Assembly (NCBI GenBank): GCA_965216875.1
Contig: OZ244207.1
Span: 3,808,001-3,872,000, forward strand
Direction of reading: 5' to 3'
Origin: Rubripirellula sp.
GTDB taxonomy: Bacteria > Planctomycetota > Planctomycetia > Pirellulales > Pirellulaceae
Length of the DNA: 64,000 nucleotides
Position 1 is the stretch's first letter. Each line of letters starts with the position of its first letter. Positions 40,647 to 51,039 of this stretch are shown in pieces. The position numbers and the translations under genes were made by a program. The notes beneath the pieces are model-generated. The model was not told the origin of the DNA. It made no database searches and saw only the letters and a list, made by a program, of their open reading frames with translations.

Positions 40647-42100
40647 CGTGCCGACTCCTGGGCGGAAGGCTTTTTAGGAACGTTCTTACACGTAAGGGTC
40701 ATCGCAAAAACCGTGCACTCTCCTTCGCGTTTCCAATCGACGCTTCCGCCCAACCTTTCGGCCGAGCGACGCACGACGGGCAAACCCAACCCAAGACCTT
40801 CGGGTTTGGTGGTGACAAAAGGTTCGAACAGATTGCCGGCGATTGCGGCGGCTGGCCCGGGACCATCATCGCTTACTTTCACAACAAGCCGGTCATCACC
40901 GACAACGTGTGCCTCCAGTGAAACGTGCTCGGCAACTTGCATCGCATTGATCACCAAGTTCGAGACCGCCGACGCCAGACTACTGATATCCGCGACATGC
41001 TGATCCGCGATGGAATCATCAACTTTCCAATCCAAGTCGACGCCCAAATGCTTGGCGTTGGTGGCGAGCCCCGAATACAGATCGTTCAAACATTGCCGCG
41101 CCGATCCGGGCCGGTCTTCATCCTGTTTGCCCGAGGCGACAAGCAGCAACCTGCGAACATAGTCGTCGGTCGTTTCGAGCTGGCTGACGGCGACCGAAAG
41201 CGCGTTGTCACTGTTTTCGTTGCAGCGTTCGGCATGAAGTTCGACTGCCATCCGTGCTCCGGTAATGCTGTTTCGCAGCTGATGAGCCAGTCCGCCAGCG
41301 ACTTGATGAAGCAACTTTTCGCTTTCCTGTTGATGAATGGTCGTCCACATTTGTTGAAGCTGTGACCGCATATGATCGACTGCCGAACCAAGACGCCCAA
41401 TTTCGTCTTGATCACCGACGGCGATCGAAGCGTCAAAATCTCCTTCGGCGATTTGCCCCACATCTTGTTGTAATTCTCGCACGCGCCGAACCAAACGTCC
41501 GGTCAACCACAGAGTCACCGAGGCAAGCAGAAAGATCATCGACAGCCCTGTCGCCAACGGGAGGACGGCGGCGCGAAGCCGAGCACTGCGAAGAGTGGCT
41601 TCATCAAACAGAACGGCGACATGTGCCTCTTGTACCTCGGACGTTATATGGACACGCCGAAATGTAGCCCAGCGAAAGCGACGCCCATCGACTTCGACCA
41701 AACGGACCGAGTCGCCCCCCCAAGATTCTTGTCGTGATGCCGATTCGGCTGCGGGATCACGGATCTGGTCCTCGAAGCTGAATGGGCCCGTGAATGTGTC
41801 GCGATCGATCGGAATCGATGACTGGACTACTTGGCCTTGTTCGGTCAGTGTCACAAGTTCCGTTCCCGTCAACGAAGCCAGCAAATCGACGATCGGCTCG
41901 GTCAATGGAAACGGCGCGTCAGCCAGTGTGTCGGAGATTTCTGCAAACCGCACCTGGGTCTGCTGGACCGCCCATCGATTGCCAAGCCAATAAGAGACCA
42001 ACGCCACGGCCACCGCAGCGGCGACCGCCACCGACAGCAGCGGCAATAACAAGCGAACGCGAAGGGAATGGAACGAGGCGGACAATTCAGTGGTTCTCAA
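40643..42100 (-). CDS. HAMP-domain sensor histidine kinase
   Basis: Two TM helices, HAMP (DEIGRL), GLAHQLRN H-box, NLVINA, DDGPG, FEPFVTTKPEGLGLGL; ATGA overlap with the regulator. Confidence 0.94.
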   Translation of the reverse strand: MRTTELSASFHSLRVRLLLPLLSVAVAAAVAVALVSYWLGNRWAVQQTQVRFAEISDTLADAPFPLTEPIVDLLASLTGTELVTLTEQGQVVQSSIPIDRDTFTGPFSFEDQIRDPAAESASRQESWGGDSVRLVEVDGRRFRWATFRRVHITSEVQEAHVAVLFDEATLRSARLRAAVLPLATGLSMIFLLASVTLWLTGRLVRRVRELQQDVGQIAEGDFDASIAVGDQDEIGRLGSAVDHMRSQLQQMWTTIHQQESEKLLHQVAGGLAHQLRNSITGARMAVELHAERCNENSDNALSVAVSQLETTDDYVRRLLLVASGKQDEDRPGSARQCLNDLYSGLATNAKHLGVDLDWKVDDSIADQHVADISSLASAVSNLVINAMQVAEHVSLEAHVVGDDRLVVKVSDDGPGPAAAIAGNLFEPFVTTKPEGLGLGLPVVRRSAERLGGSVDWKREGECTVFAMTLTCKNVPKKPSAQESAR

Positions 42101-42174
42101 TCAGTGTGGACCGCAAATCCGGGCGACAGGGTTGGCTGCGATGCCCCACCATGCGGGTGAAAAAAGCGACATCG

Positions 42175-42216
42175 CGGTGGCTGTTTCGCCACCATCGTCG
42201 CAATTGGCTGCCAATT
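42175..42216. promoter_or_regulatory. Inverted repeats, candidate enhancer-binding sites
   Basis: GGTGGC-N6-GCCACC and AATTGGC-T-GCCAATT upstream of the sigma54 promoter. Confidence 0.35.
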
Positions 42217-42251
42217 CCGGCGATTTGACGCGACTTTTCTCTTCCATGCGA

Positions 42252-42268
42252 TTGGCACGCCAAATGCT
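42252..42268 (+). promoter_or_regulatory. Sigma54 (-24/-12) promoter
   Basis: TTGGCACGCCAAATGCT with exact GG-N10-GC spacing, 80 nt upstream of the DUF1559 gene and next to a sigma54 activator gene. Confidence 0.8.
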
Positions 42269-42347
42269 TGATTATCACGGAAGAATCTCTTTGCAATCGC
42301 TTCCAGATAGCCACCTTCCAGGATAAACCCCGCGAGTCCAACACGGA

Positions 42348-43355
42348 ATGAACAGACCACGAAACGCCTTCACTCTTGTCGAACTCCTTGTCGTGATCGC
42401 CATCATCGGAATCCTGGTGGGCTTGCTGCTGCCGGCTGTCCAGGCGGCGCGCGAGGCGGCTCGGCGGATGTCTTGCCAGAACAACCTGAAACAAATCAGC
42501 CTGGCAATGCATAACTACCACGCGGCCTTTAAACAGTTCCCTTCATCGGCAGTCGTCGATTTGTCAGTCACCAGCACCGGCAACAATGGCTCGTGGGGCG
42601 TTCACGGGCGGATCTTGCCCTTTTTGGAAGAGTCCAATCTTTATGAACGCGTCGACTTGTCGATTGGTTGGGATCACCAAGACGCGATCGACGGTGTGAA
42701 GATTGGCACCTACGCGTGCCCGAGCGATCCGGGAAGTGATCAAGAGCGGATCTTTAGCGACAACCGACCTACGCTCTATCCAACCAACTACACCTTTAAC
42801 TTTGGCACCTGGTTCGTGTTTGACCCGCAAACGCGAAAAGGGGGTGAAGGCATGTTCTATCCGAATTCCAACCGCAAATTCCGCGATTGCTTGGATGGAA
42901 CGTCCACCACACTGATGGCGGCCGAAGCCAAAGCATGGACGCCTTACTATCGCAACGGCGGACCGCCCACGACCGACATTCCCAATGATGTCGACACGCT
43001 GGTCACCGTCGCCGTGACCGGTGCGCAGTTCAAAGAGACCGGTCACACCGAGTGGCCTGATGGACGCGTTCACCACACCGGTTTTACGACCGTGATGACT
43101 CCCAACACCAAAGTGCTTCATGTCCGCAATGGTGTCGAACTCGATATCGACTACAACTCGTGGCAGGAGGGTAGGGATGGTAGCGCCGGCAACCCAACCT
43201 ATGCCGCGATCACTAGTCGCAGTCATCACGTCGGCCTAGTTCACGTCGCGTTTATGGATGGGTCAGTGACATCGATCACCGATTCGATCGACCGGGATAC
43301 ATGGCGAGCGATGAGTACCCGCGCTCGAAAAGAGTCGATCCAGCGCGAAGAGTGA
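42348..43355 (+). CDS. DUF1559 prepilin-type N-terminal cleavage / H-X9-DG protein
   Basis: AFTLVELLVVIAIIGILVGLLLPAVQAAREAARRMSCQNNLKQ, CPSDP, DGTSTT, HVGLVHVAFMDGSV. Confidence 0.96.
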   Translation: MNRPRNAFTLVELLVVIAIIGILVGLLLPAVQAAREAARRMSCQNNLKQISLAMHNYHAAFKQFPSSAVVDLSVTSTGNNGSWGVHGRILPFLEESNLYERVDLSIGWDHQDAIDGVKIGTYACPSDPGSDQERIFSDNRPTLYPTNYTFNFGTWFVFDPQTRKGGEGMFYPNSNRKFRDCLDGTSTTLMAAEAKAWTPYYRNGGPPTTDIPNDVDTLVTVAVTGAQFKETGHTEWPDGRVHHTGFTTVMTPNTKVLHVRNGVELDIDYNSWQEGRDGSAGNPTYAAITSRSHHVGLVHVAFMDGSVTSITDSIDRDTWRAMSTRARKESIQREE

Positions 43356-43383
43356 TCCAAGCTACTTTCTTACCCGAGGGCTC

Positions 43384-43702
43384 GGTGAAAGGACGTGGCC
43401 TGAGTCACGTTCGCACCCCCACGACAGAAGTCGTCAACGGGAACGGAGTCGATCAAGGCCACTGTTTCCGTTCGTACAATGCCAACTGCTCTTCCCGCCG
43501 ATTTCCGTACGGGAGTCGGTAGAGCTCAGAAACACTGCAAATCGTGCAACAGCATCCGCTGGGGCGCGGGAGACCAGTGAAATCCGGGAAGTCGGCCTCC
43601 GCTTCGCGAGAGCAGCGTCGGCAAACGCAGCTTTTTGTGAAGCAAAAGAGGTCGATATGGAAACTCGACTGAAATCGTCACAGCCTCTCGACCGGCGACG
43701 AT
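43384..43702 (+). ncRNA. Candidate structured RNA or long leader upstream of moxR
   Basis: Consecutive hairpins whose G-U pairs are valid only on the + strand; no credible ORF. Confidence 0.4.
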
Positions 43703-43877
43703 CCGTATTTTGCAGGGCGAGAAAGCCGCAATGGAGGCGCGAAATTGCCTGGTTGCTGCTATTCTGTGAACAAGGCGTGAAGTGCCCCTTCGGGAAAATC
43801 TTCCCAATTGACGCACTTTCCCGTTTCGCGAGAGATCGCAGACCCGTCTTTGACCGAGATATTTGGAAGGATTTTGA

Positions 43878-44939
43878 ATGTCCGCTGATGCCGCGGCTAA
43901 TGAAAAGCTGGATGAGGCCGATGCTGGGCGGCTGCACGAAGCCCGCAACAAGATTATCGACGAGCTGGGCAAGATTATCGTCGGTCAAGAATCGGTCGTG
44001 AACGAATTGATGATCGGGCTCTTCAGCCGCGGCCACGTGATGCTGGAAGGCGTGCCGGGACTCGCCAAGACGCTGATGATCAGCACGCTGGCTCGAGCGC
44101 TCGACCTCAGTTTCAGCCGAATCCAATTCACGCCTGACCTGATGCCGGCCGACGTCACCGGAACCGAGGTGATGGAAGAAGACCGATCGACAGGGCATCG
44201 CGAATTCCGATTCATGGAAGGACCGCTCTTTGCCAACGTCGTTCTGGCTGACGAGATCAACCGTACGCCTCCCAAAACGCAAGCCGCATTGCTCGAAGCG
44301 ATGCAGGAACGGCAAGTCACTGTCGGACGCAACCGACACCAGCTCGCCGATCCCTTCTTTGTCCTCGCGACTCAAAACCCGATCGAGCAGGAAGGCACCT
44401 ACCCGCTGCCCGAAGCTCAACAAGACCGCTTCATGTTCAAGGTCTACGTCGAGTACCCAAACTTTGACGAAGAGTTTGAGGTGGCACGACGAACAACAGG
44501 TACTCAGACGGCCGATGTCGATCCGGTTCTTGGTGCTGAAGAAATCCTTCGGCTGCAAGAACTCGTTCGTAAAGTCCCGGTGAGTGACCATGTGATTCGC
44601 TACACACTTTCACTTGTTCGCCAAACCCGCGTCGGCAGTGAAGGTGTTCCTGACTTTGTTGATGACTTGGTTGGCTGGGGTGCCGGTCCGCGTGCGGTTC
44701 AGTTCTTGATTTTGGGCGGTAAAGCACGTGCCCTTCTCGAAGGCCGCTTCCACGTTCAAGTCGAAGACATCCAAGCACTTGCCAAACCTGTGCTTCGCCA
44801 TCGAATGGTTGTCAACTTTGCTGCCGAAAGCGAAGGAGTGACCAGCGACGAAGTGATCGACCGCATCATCGCGGCAACGCCCGAGACGGAGGATGAGCTT
44901 TCACGCGATGCCCGATTCCAAAAGATATTTGCGTCCTGA
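43878..44939 (+). CDS. moxR: MoxR-family AAA+ ATPase
   Basis: [66 protein letters not shown]. Confidence 0.97.
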   Translation: MSADAAANEKLDEADAGRLHEARNKIIDELGKIIVGQESVVNELMIGLFSRGHVMLEGVPGLAKTLMISTLARALDLSFSRIQFTPDLMPADVTGTEVMEEDRSTGHREFRFMEGPLFANVVLADEINRTPPKTQAALLEAMQERQVTVGRNRHQLADPFFVLATQNPIEQEGTYPLPEAQQDRFMFKVYVEYPNFDEEFEVARRTTGTQTADVDPVLGAEEILRLQELVRKVPVSDHVIRYTLSLVRQTRVGSEGVPDFVDDLVGWGAGPRAVQFLILGGKARALLEGRFHVQVEDIQALAKPVLRHRMVVNFAAESEGVTSDEVIDRIIAATPETEDELSRDARFQKIFAS

Positions 44940-45810
44940 AGTCACGACGCGGATTCGTCGTCTGGAATTGACCGCGCGCCGCGTCGTCGAAGGCTTCCTT
45001 TCCGGGATGCACCGCAGCCCGTACTTTGGTCAGTCGATCGAGTTTCTTCAACACCGCCAATACACACGCGGTGATGAGATTCGACACATCGACTGGAAGG
45101 TGTATGCGCGGCAAGACCGACTGCACATCAAACAGTACGAAGAAGAAACCAATCTCCGTCTCACGCTGTTGGTCGATCGCAGTGGCAGCATGGCCTACGG
45201 CGACGACGAAACCAACAAGTTCGATTACTCGGCATCGATCGCCGCATCACTTGCCTACCTGGCACTCCGCCAAAAAGACGCGACCGGCCTCTTTACGTTC
45301 GACACCGAACTTCAAGCATCGGTGCCGGCCAAAAGCAATCAGCAACAACTCACCCGAATCCTTTCCGTTCTCGATTCGGTCGGCGCGGATGGGCGAACCG
45401 ATTTGCCCCGTGTGGCTCGACAGGTAGGGCAGGGGATTCCGAAACGGGGGTTGGTCGTCATCATCTCGGATCTGCTTGGCGTCGATAAACTGATGGAGGG
45501 CTTGCGTGTGCTTCGCCAATGCGGCCACGACGTTGCTCTCTTTCACGTCATGCACGATGACGAAATGGATTTCGACTTCACCGGTGCGACACGCTTTGAA
45601 GGTCTCGAAACCGACGACTTCTTGAACTGCAATCCACGAGCGTTGCGCGAGGGCTACCTCGAAGCACTCAACGACTTCCTCGAAAAAACGCGACAAGCTT
45701 GCGGTCGCCTTTCGATCGATTACTTGCAGGTTCGGACCAGCGAACCGCTCGATGCCGTGTTGGCAAAATTCCTGGCCACTCGACAATCGCTCCCTAAATT
45801 GAGGTCCTAG
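44908..45810 (+). CDS. DUF58 (vWA-like) protein
   Basis: [43 protein letters not shown]. Confidence 0.95.
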   Translation: MPDSKRYLRPEVTTRIRRLELTARRVVEGFLSGMHRSPYFGQSIEFLQHRQYTRGDEIRHIDWKVYARQDRLHIKQYEEETNLRLTLLVDRSGSMAYGDDETNKFDYSASIAASLAYLALRQKDATGLFTFDTELQASVPAKSNQQQLTRILSVLDSVGADGRTDLPRVARQVGQGIPKRGLVVIISDLLGVDKLMEGLRVLRQCGHDVALFHVMHDDEMDFDFTGATRFEGLETDDFLNCNPRALREGYLEALNDFLEKTRQACGRLSIDYLQVRTSEPLDAVLAKFLATRQSLPKLRS

Positions 45811-45878
45811 GCTCCGACAACCAACGCGTCACCGCATTCGTCCACTTCCTTCCGTTTTCCCCACTGCTTTAGCTCCCT

Positions 45879-48269
45879 TTGTTCCTCTACCCCGCCTTAA
45901 CGATCGGCTTTCTGTTTGTCGCGGTGCCACTGTTGGTGCACCTGATCAACATGCTGCGCCATCGGCGACAGCGTTGGGCGGCAATGGACTTTCTGCTCGC
46001 CAGCTATCGCAAACAGAAGAAGTGGATTCGTTTGCGACAGCTGCTGTTGCTTCTGTCGCGTTTGGCAGCCGCAGCGATTTTGATCGCCATGCTTTGCGGT
46101 TGGACAGGCGGTGGTCAGATGCTCGGACTGCTTGGCGGACAAACAACGCATCACGTTGTCATTCTTGACGACAGCTACTCGATGTCCGATCGAAGTGTTG
46201 GTGCCGGCGCCCGTCGTGACGCCGACAATCGTGCCACCGCTTACGGTCGTTCACTCAAAGCACTCGAAGACCTGACACGCCGACTCGCAAACGACCAAGG
46301 CAACCACCAGCTAACCGTCATGCGGGCAAGTCGTGCCGCGTTGACCGTCCGAGGCGGGAGCGATTCAGGTGACGCCGCCGCAGACCTTTCCGCACAAACG
46401 GTCACCCGCGATGGGCGTCTGATCAATCGCTTGATGTCGACAACGTCATCTCCAATCCGCACCGACTTGGTACCCGCTCTCGATTTGGCTGGCGAGCTGA
46501 TCGAATCGACACCGGCGGACCAAAAGGTGCTCTACATCGCGAGTGACTTTCGCTCTCGAGATTGGGCACAACCCGAACGGCTTGCCGAATCGATGCGTGG
46601 GCTTGCCGATGGGGACGTGCAAGTTCGCATGATCGACTGTGCCTACAAGGCGGCCCCCAACCTCGCGATCACTGACGTTTCGCCCAAACAAGATGTGTGG
46701 GTTGCTGGCGTTCCGGTGGTGTTTGACGTCACGGTCAAAAACTACTCGCCCAATCCCGTCAAGAATGTTGCCATCACGGGGCGGGTGATCCGCTATCCAA
46801 AAACACTCGAACTCGCCGACCCAACCCTCCAATTCAGTGGCGAAATCGAGTCGCTGCCAACGATGATGATCGAGTCGATCGCAGCCGGTGGCGAGATCAC
46901 AAAGAGTTTTCAAGTCTTTGTGACCGAACAGGGAACCCACGCGATCGAAGTATCGCTGCCCGAAGACGCTTTGCTGATCGACAACAAACGGGTTTGCACG
47001 CTGCCGCTGACCGACGCCGAGAAGGTGTTGGTGATCGACAACGATCCCGATGGCCGTGGCGCCTACCACATCCAGTCGGTTTTGAATCCGGGCAGCCAGG
47101 TTCGCATTGGCGCGATCCCCGACGTTCAACCACCTGCCTTCCTGCGATCGGCAACGCTCGACAAGTTGGCTGGCTACCGCGCGATCTACTTGATCGACAT
47201 ACCCGAAATTGGGGAAAACGCCGCCGATGCCCTTTCACAATATGTCGCCCGCGGCGGCGGCCTCGCTTGGTTCTTGGGAAGCAATGTCAGCCGTGATTCC
47301 TATAACTCCAACCTGCTTGCTCAAGACCGTTTCCTGCTGCCCGCGCCACTAACTCAGCTTTCCGACTTACCTCAAGCCGAGGACAACAACACCGCGGACG
47401 TTGTCTTTGGTGAAGAAACCTCGCTGACGGCTCCCCTTCGCCCCGCCGGTGATGCCGCGTTTGGCTTGGTTGGATTGGCACGATCTTGGGAATTGGAAGC
47501 GGCAAGCGAGCTTGCCGATGACGATGCGATCGACCGTCCCCGAATCCGCGCGGCACTCAGCCGTCACGACGGCAAACCCTTTGCGACGCTTCATGAAGTT
47601 GGCCAGGGCCGAATCCTTACCGTTTTGGCGGGCCTCGATGGACAATGGACGAATTGGCCCGGCGATCCAACATTCGTTGTCTTTATGCTGCAAGCCAATG
47701 CACACCTTTGGAGCGGTGCCGCACCTCCGACTTCTCGTTTTGTTGACGATGTCACCAAACAACGTTTCGACGCAATGGAGTTCACGTCGGATGCAACCTA
47801 CTTTCCCGCCGTAGACGAACCACCACGGGTGCCGATCGAGATGCCAGGCGCACTGGGAGATGATGTGCAAGGCGTCGTCGACTTTGGATTCGATCCACAT
47901 GAACGCGTCATCGATGGCCAAGACAACATCGATGTGCTGCTTCGCCCCGGAGTTTCCGAATGGGCCCTGACACGATCAACAGGGCAGGGGGCTGTGTTGC
48001 CGGTGGCTTCCGTGATTCGCATCGGCGAAGGCGACCTGTCGCGAGCCAACCCCAATGAAATCCAACAAGAGCTCTTGCCGCTTGATGTGAAATTCGTCAG
48101 CAGCACGGTATGGAGTGACGAAAACCGAACAGCCGGAAGCTCCACGCTCACCCTCCTGCTGCTCGGCTTGCTCGGGACGATCCTGGCGGGCGAACAGTTC
48201 CTTGCCTATTGGGCCAGTTACCACGTCGCGCCCAAAACCGCCTCCCAAACTCGCGGAGGTGGACGATGA
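45879..48269 (+). CDS. BatA-domain / vWA membrane protein
   Basis: PLLVHLIN..RWAAMDFL BatA double-TM start, ILDDSYSM MIDAS, Ig-like and GATase-like segment (YVARGGGL), C-terminal TM helix. Confidence 0.88.
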   Translation: MFLYPALTIGFLFVAVPLLVHLINMLRHRRQRWAAMDFLLASYRKQKKWIRLRQLLLLLSRLAAAAILIAMLCGWTGGGQMLGLLGGQTTHHVVILDDSYSMSDRSVGAGARRDADNRATAYGRSLKALEDLTRRLANDQGNHQLTVMRASRAALTVRGGSDSGDAAADLSAQTVTRDGRLINRLMSTTSSPIRTDLVPALDLAGELIESTPADQKVLYIASDFRSRDWAQPERLAESMRGLADGDVQVRMIDCAYKAAPNLAITDVSPKQDVWVAGVPVVFDVTVKNYSPNPVKNVAITGRVIRYPKTLELADPTLQFSGEIESLPTMMIESIAAGGEITKSFQVFVTEQGTHAIEVSLPEDALLIDNKRVCTLPLTDAEKVLVIDNDPDGRGAYHIQSVLNPGSQVRIGAIPDVQPPAFLRSATLDKLAGYRAIYLIDIPEIGENAADALSQYVARGGGLAWFLGSNVSRDSYNSNLLAQDRFLLPAPLTQLSDLPQAEDNNTADVVFGEETSLTAPLRPAGDAAFGLVGLARSWELEAASELADDDAIDRPRIRAALSRHDGKPFATLHEVGQGRILTVLAGLDGQWTNWPGDPTFVVFMLQANAHLWSGAAPPTSRFVDDVTKQRFDAMEFTSDATYFPAVDEPPRVPIEMPGALGDDVQGVVDFGFDPHERVIDGQDNIDVLLRPGVSEWALTRSTGQGAVLPVASVIRIGEGDLSRANPNEIQQELLPLDVKFVSSTVWSDENRTAGSSTLTLLLLGLLGTILAGEQFLAYWASYHVAPKTASQTRGGGR

Positions 48270-51025
48270 ACTTGAGCGGAAACTCGCGGCAGATCGTTTA
48301 CGAATTCGCACGTGCAACCACCTTGGAAGGCTGGTGGATTTGGGCGTTGCTGGTCGGCTGCTTGTCAGCCATTTTGTACGGTTGCATTCGGCTGTATCGT
48401 CGCGATGTCAATGAGTTGCCCAAACCGATCCGCTTCACGCTGATCGCGCTGCGCATCACAACGATCCTGGCACTCGTCTTCTTCTTTTTTGACCTGCAAC
48501 GTCGCACCGAGCGAATGGTCACGCGACCGAGTGAAGTTGCCGTGCTCGTCGACGTGTCACAGAGCATGTCGCTTCCCGCGTTGGTCAACCCAACCTCACA
48601 AAGCCGCTCGGAACGGGTCGCTCAATTACTCGACCAATCCGAAATCCTAACCAAGCTCGAATCCGAACACCGAGTCAGCGTCTACTCGTTCGGCGACCAG
48701 TCCGAACCACAGTTGGTCGAGACGCGCGGCGGTCAAACAACCACCGACGAGAACACCGATCGGGTCGAATCAAGTCGCTCCGCAACACTGGCCGCCCTGC
48801 TAGGTGCGCTGCTGATCGCCGCCGCGATCCTTTGCGGATTGATTTCGTTTGTTGTCGGCGCCTTCGGACGGGCTCCCGTTCATGATGCCGAACAGGGCCG
48901 AGGCGGAAGCCTCGGTTGGTGGGTCGCCGCATGCGGCGTCACGCTTGTTCTTGGAACGGTCTTGTTGGGAAGTGTCTACACGATTCACACCAGCTATTCG
49001 CTCGCCGAGATATTGAGCGGCCAAGACCTTCGCTCGAGTGACGATGACCAGGAAGACGAAGACGCGCAAAGCGATGCGGATGAAACGCAACGGAAACGGG
49101 TGACCGACTGGTCCGAAATCGTCGCGGCAACTGCTCCGGAAAGTCGTATCGGCGACGCAATCAACAGCGTGCTGACCGACCATGATCCCTCCACACTTGC
49201 CGGAATCGTTCTACTCACCGACGGCCAAAGCAACGGCGGTGTCGACGGCAGCAGTGCGATTGCCTCTGCCCGTCGTAGCGAAGTTGCCGTCTATCCCGTC
49301 GGTTTGGGAAGCAGTTCCGCCCCGATCAATGTGCGGATCGTCGACCTCGATGCCCCGCGCCGCGTTTACCCGGGTGACAAATTTTCGATTTCGGCCATCC
49401 TGCAGGGCAGTGGGCCCAAACCGATGGAAGTCGAAGTGCAGCTGCTTGATGGTCTCGACTCCGATTCAGACGACCAACCCGTCGGCGAAGTCATCGATTC
49501 GCAAAAGGCGACGGTCAAGAATGACGGAACACTTTCGGGCATTCGATTTGAGCTCGAACCCGAATCCGTTGGTCGGCGGCGACTGGCCGTTCGAGTTGTC
49601 GCCCCGGCCGAAGATCGCAACAAAGAAGATGACATTCGTGATGCTCGCTACGAAGTCGTCTCACGAAAATTGCGAGTGCTCGCGGTTGCCGGCGGCCCAA
49701 CTCGCGAATACCGCTTTGTCCGCAATTTGCTTCATCGTGACAACTCGATCGAAGTTGACGTTTGGCTTCAAACGGGACGCCCCGGGTTGAGCCAAGACGC
49801 AAACGATGTCTTATTCGAGTTTCCCCAGACTGCGGAACAACTATTCGAGTACGACGCCATCTGTGTGTTTGATCCTGACTGGAGCCAGTTCGGCGCCAAC
49901 TCGCTCGAACTGCTCGACCGCTGGCTATCACAACAAGCCGGTGGCATGATCATCGTTGCCGGTCCGGTCTATCACCCGCAATGGAACCGAAAACGAACCG
50001 ACCCTCGTGTGGCTCGCATCGCTGGTTTCTTCCCCGTCAACCTCTCCACGCGCGGACCACTGTTGGGTGGCGGTCGCCAAGGGGGTTCAAACGCGTGGCC
50101 AATCGACTTCACACCCGAAGCGAGACGAGCCGAATTCTTGTGGATCGCCGAAGACCCAGAAGAGAGCTTTGACATTTGGGAACGCTTTGGCGGGGTCTAC
50201 GATTACGTCGGAACCAAGAGCGCCAAACCAGGCGCGAAAGTCTACGGTCACTTCTCGGACCCAACGGCCGAAGTCGGCGGAACAGCGCCAATATTCCTCG
50301 CGTCACAGTTCTACGGCGCCGGCCGCGTCTTCTTCCAAGGCAGCGGCGAGATTTGGCGTTTGCGAGGCGAAAGTGACGCACACTTCGACAGCTACTACAC
50401 CAAACTTGTTCGTTGGGTCAGTAGCGGTCGTCTGCTTCGTGACAGCAACCGTGGTGTGCTGTTGGTCGACACCGGCAAAGCGATGGTCGGCGATACCATT
50501 ACGATTCGCGCGGTGTTGACGGACGATCAATTCGAACCACTCGATGTCCCGGAAGTCCCCGCCAAACTCTTGACGCCTGGTGGAAGGATCGACGACATCC
50601 GTCTGCTTCCCCTCAAAGGCGAACCGCGAGCGGGCACCTACGGCGGACGATTCATCGTTCGCGAAGCGGGCAGCTATGAACTTCGCCTCACGCTCGGCGA
50701 CGCATTGGATGAACAAGTCCTACGCCAAAATGTGCAAGTTCGGCTGCCGACGATTGAACTTGAACGACCACGGCGAAACGATGCCGAACTGGAACAGTTC
50801 GCGTCGATCACCGGCGGCAAGTATTTGCGTATTGACGAAGAGACAACCGACGCAAGTGTCACCGAAGAATTAGTGTCGTTGGTCCGACCGCAACCTCAGT
50901 CGACCATCCTGCCTGGAACACCCGATGTCGACTTTAAAGAGCGTCGAAACGCAATCTTGATGTGGCTGATCGCCTCGATGCTCACCATGGAATGGATCAC
51001 ACGGAGGCTGCATCGCTTGGCGTAG
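48266..51025 (+). CDS. vWA plus glutamine-amidotransferase-like membrane protein
   Basis: LVDVSQSM MIDAS, LLTDGQSNGG, VYPVGLG, GGMIIVAG, YGAGRVFF..WR, EWITRRL; ATGA overlap. Confidence 0.88.
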   Translation: MNLSGNSRQIVYEFARATTLEGWWIWALLVGCLSAILYGCIRLYRRDVNELPKPIRFTLIALRITTILALVFFFFDLQRRTERMVTRPSEVAVLVDVSQSMSLPALVNPTSQSRSERVAQLLDQSEILTKLESEHRVSVYSFGDQSEPQLVETRGGQTTTDENTDRVESSRSATLAALLGALLIAAAILCGLISFVVGAFGRAPVHDAEQGRGGSLGWWVAACGVTLVLGTVLLGSVYTIHTSYSLAEILSGQDLRSSDDDQEDEDAQSDADETQRKRVTDWSEIVAATAPESRIGDAINSVLTDHDPSTLAGIVLLTDGQSNGGVDGSSAIASARRSEVAVYPVGLGSSSAPINVRIVDLDAPRRVYPGDKFSISAILQGSGPKPMEVEVQLLDGLDSDSDDQPVGEVIDSQKATVKNDGTLSGIRFELEPESVGRRRLAVRVVAPAEDRNKEDDIRDARYEVVSRKLRVLAVAGGPTREYRFVRNLLHRDNSIEVDVWLQTGRPGLSQDANDVLFEFPQTAEQLFEYDAICVFDPDWSQFGANSLELLDRWLSQQAGGMIIVAGPVYHPQWNRKRTDPRVARIAGFFPVNLSTRGPLLGGGRQGGSNAWPIDFTPEARRAEFLWIAEDPEESFDIWERFGGVYDYVGTKSAKPGAKVYGHFSDPTAEVGGTAPIFLASQFYGAGRVFFQGSGEIWRLRGESDAHFDSYYTKLVRWVSSGRLLRDSNRGVLLVDTGKAMVGDTITIRAVLTDDQFEPLDVPEVPAKLLTPGGRIDDIRLLPLKGEPRAGTYGGRFIVREAGSYELRLTLGDALDEQVLRQNVQVRLPTIELERPRRNDAELEQFASITGGKYLRIDEETTDASVTEELVSLVRPQPQSTILPGTPDVDFKERRNAILMWLIASMLTMEWITRRLHRLA

Positions 51026-51039
51026 CCAAGTTCATCATC

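Noticed and set aside
43505..43580. yybP-ykoY (GGGAG..GAGACC) or cobalamin (GCCACTG..GGGAAG) riboswitch
   Set aside because: Only isolated words match; order, pairing and downstream gene context do not fit
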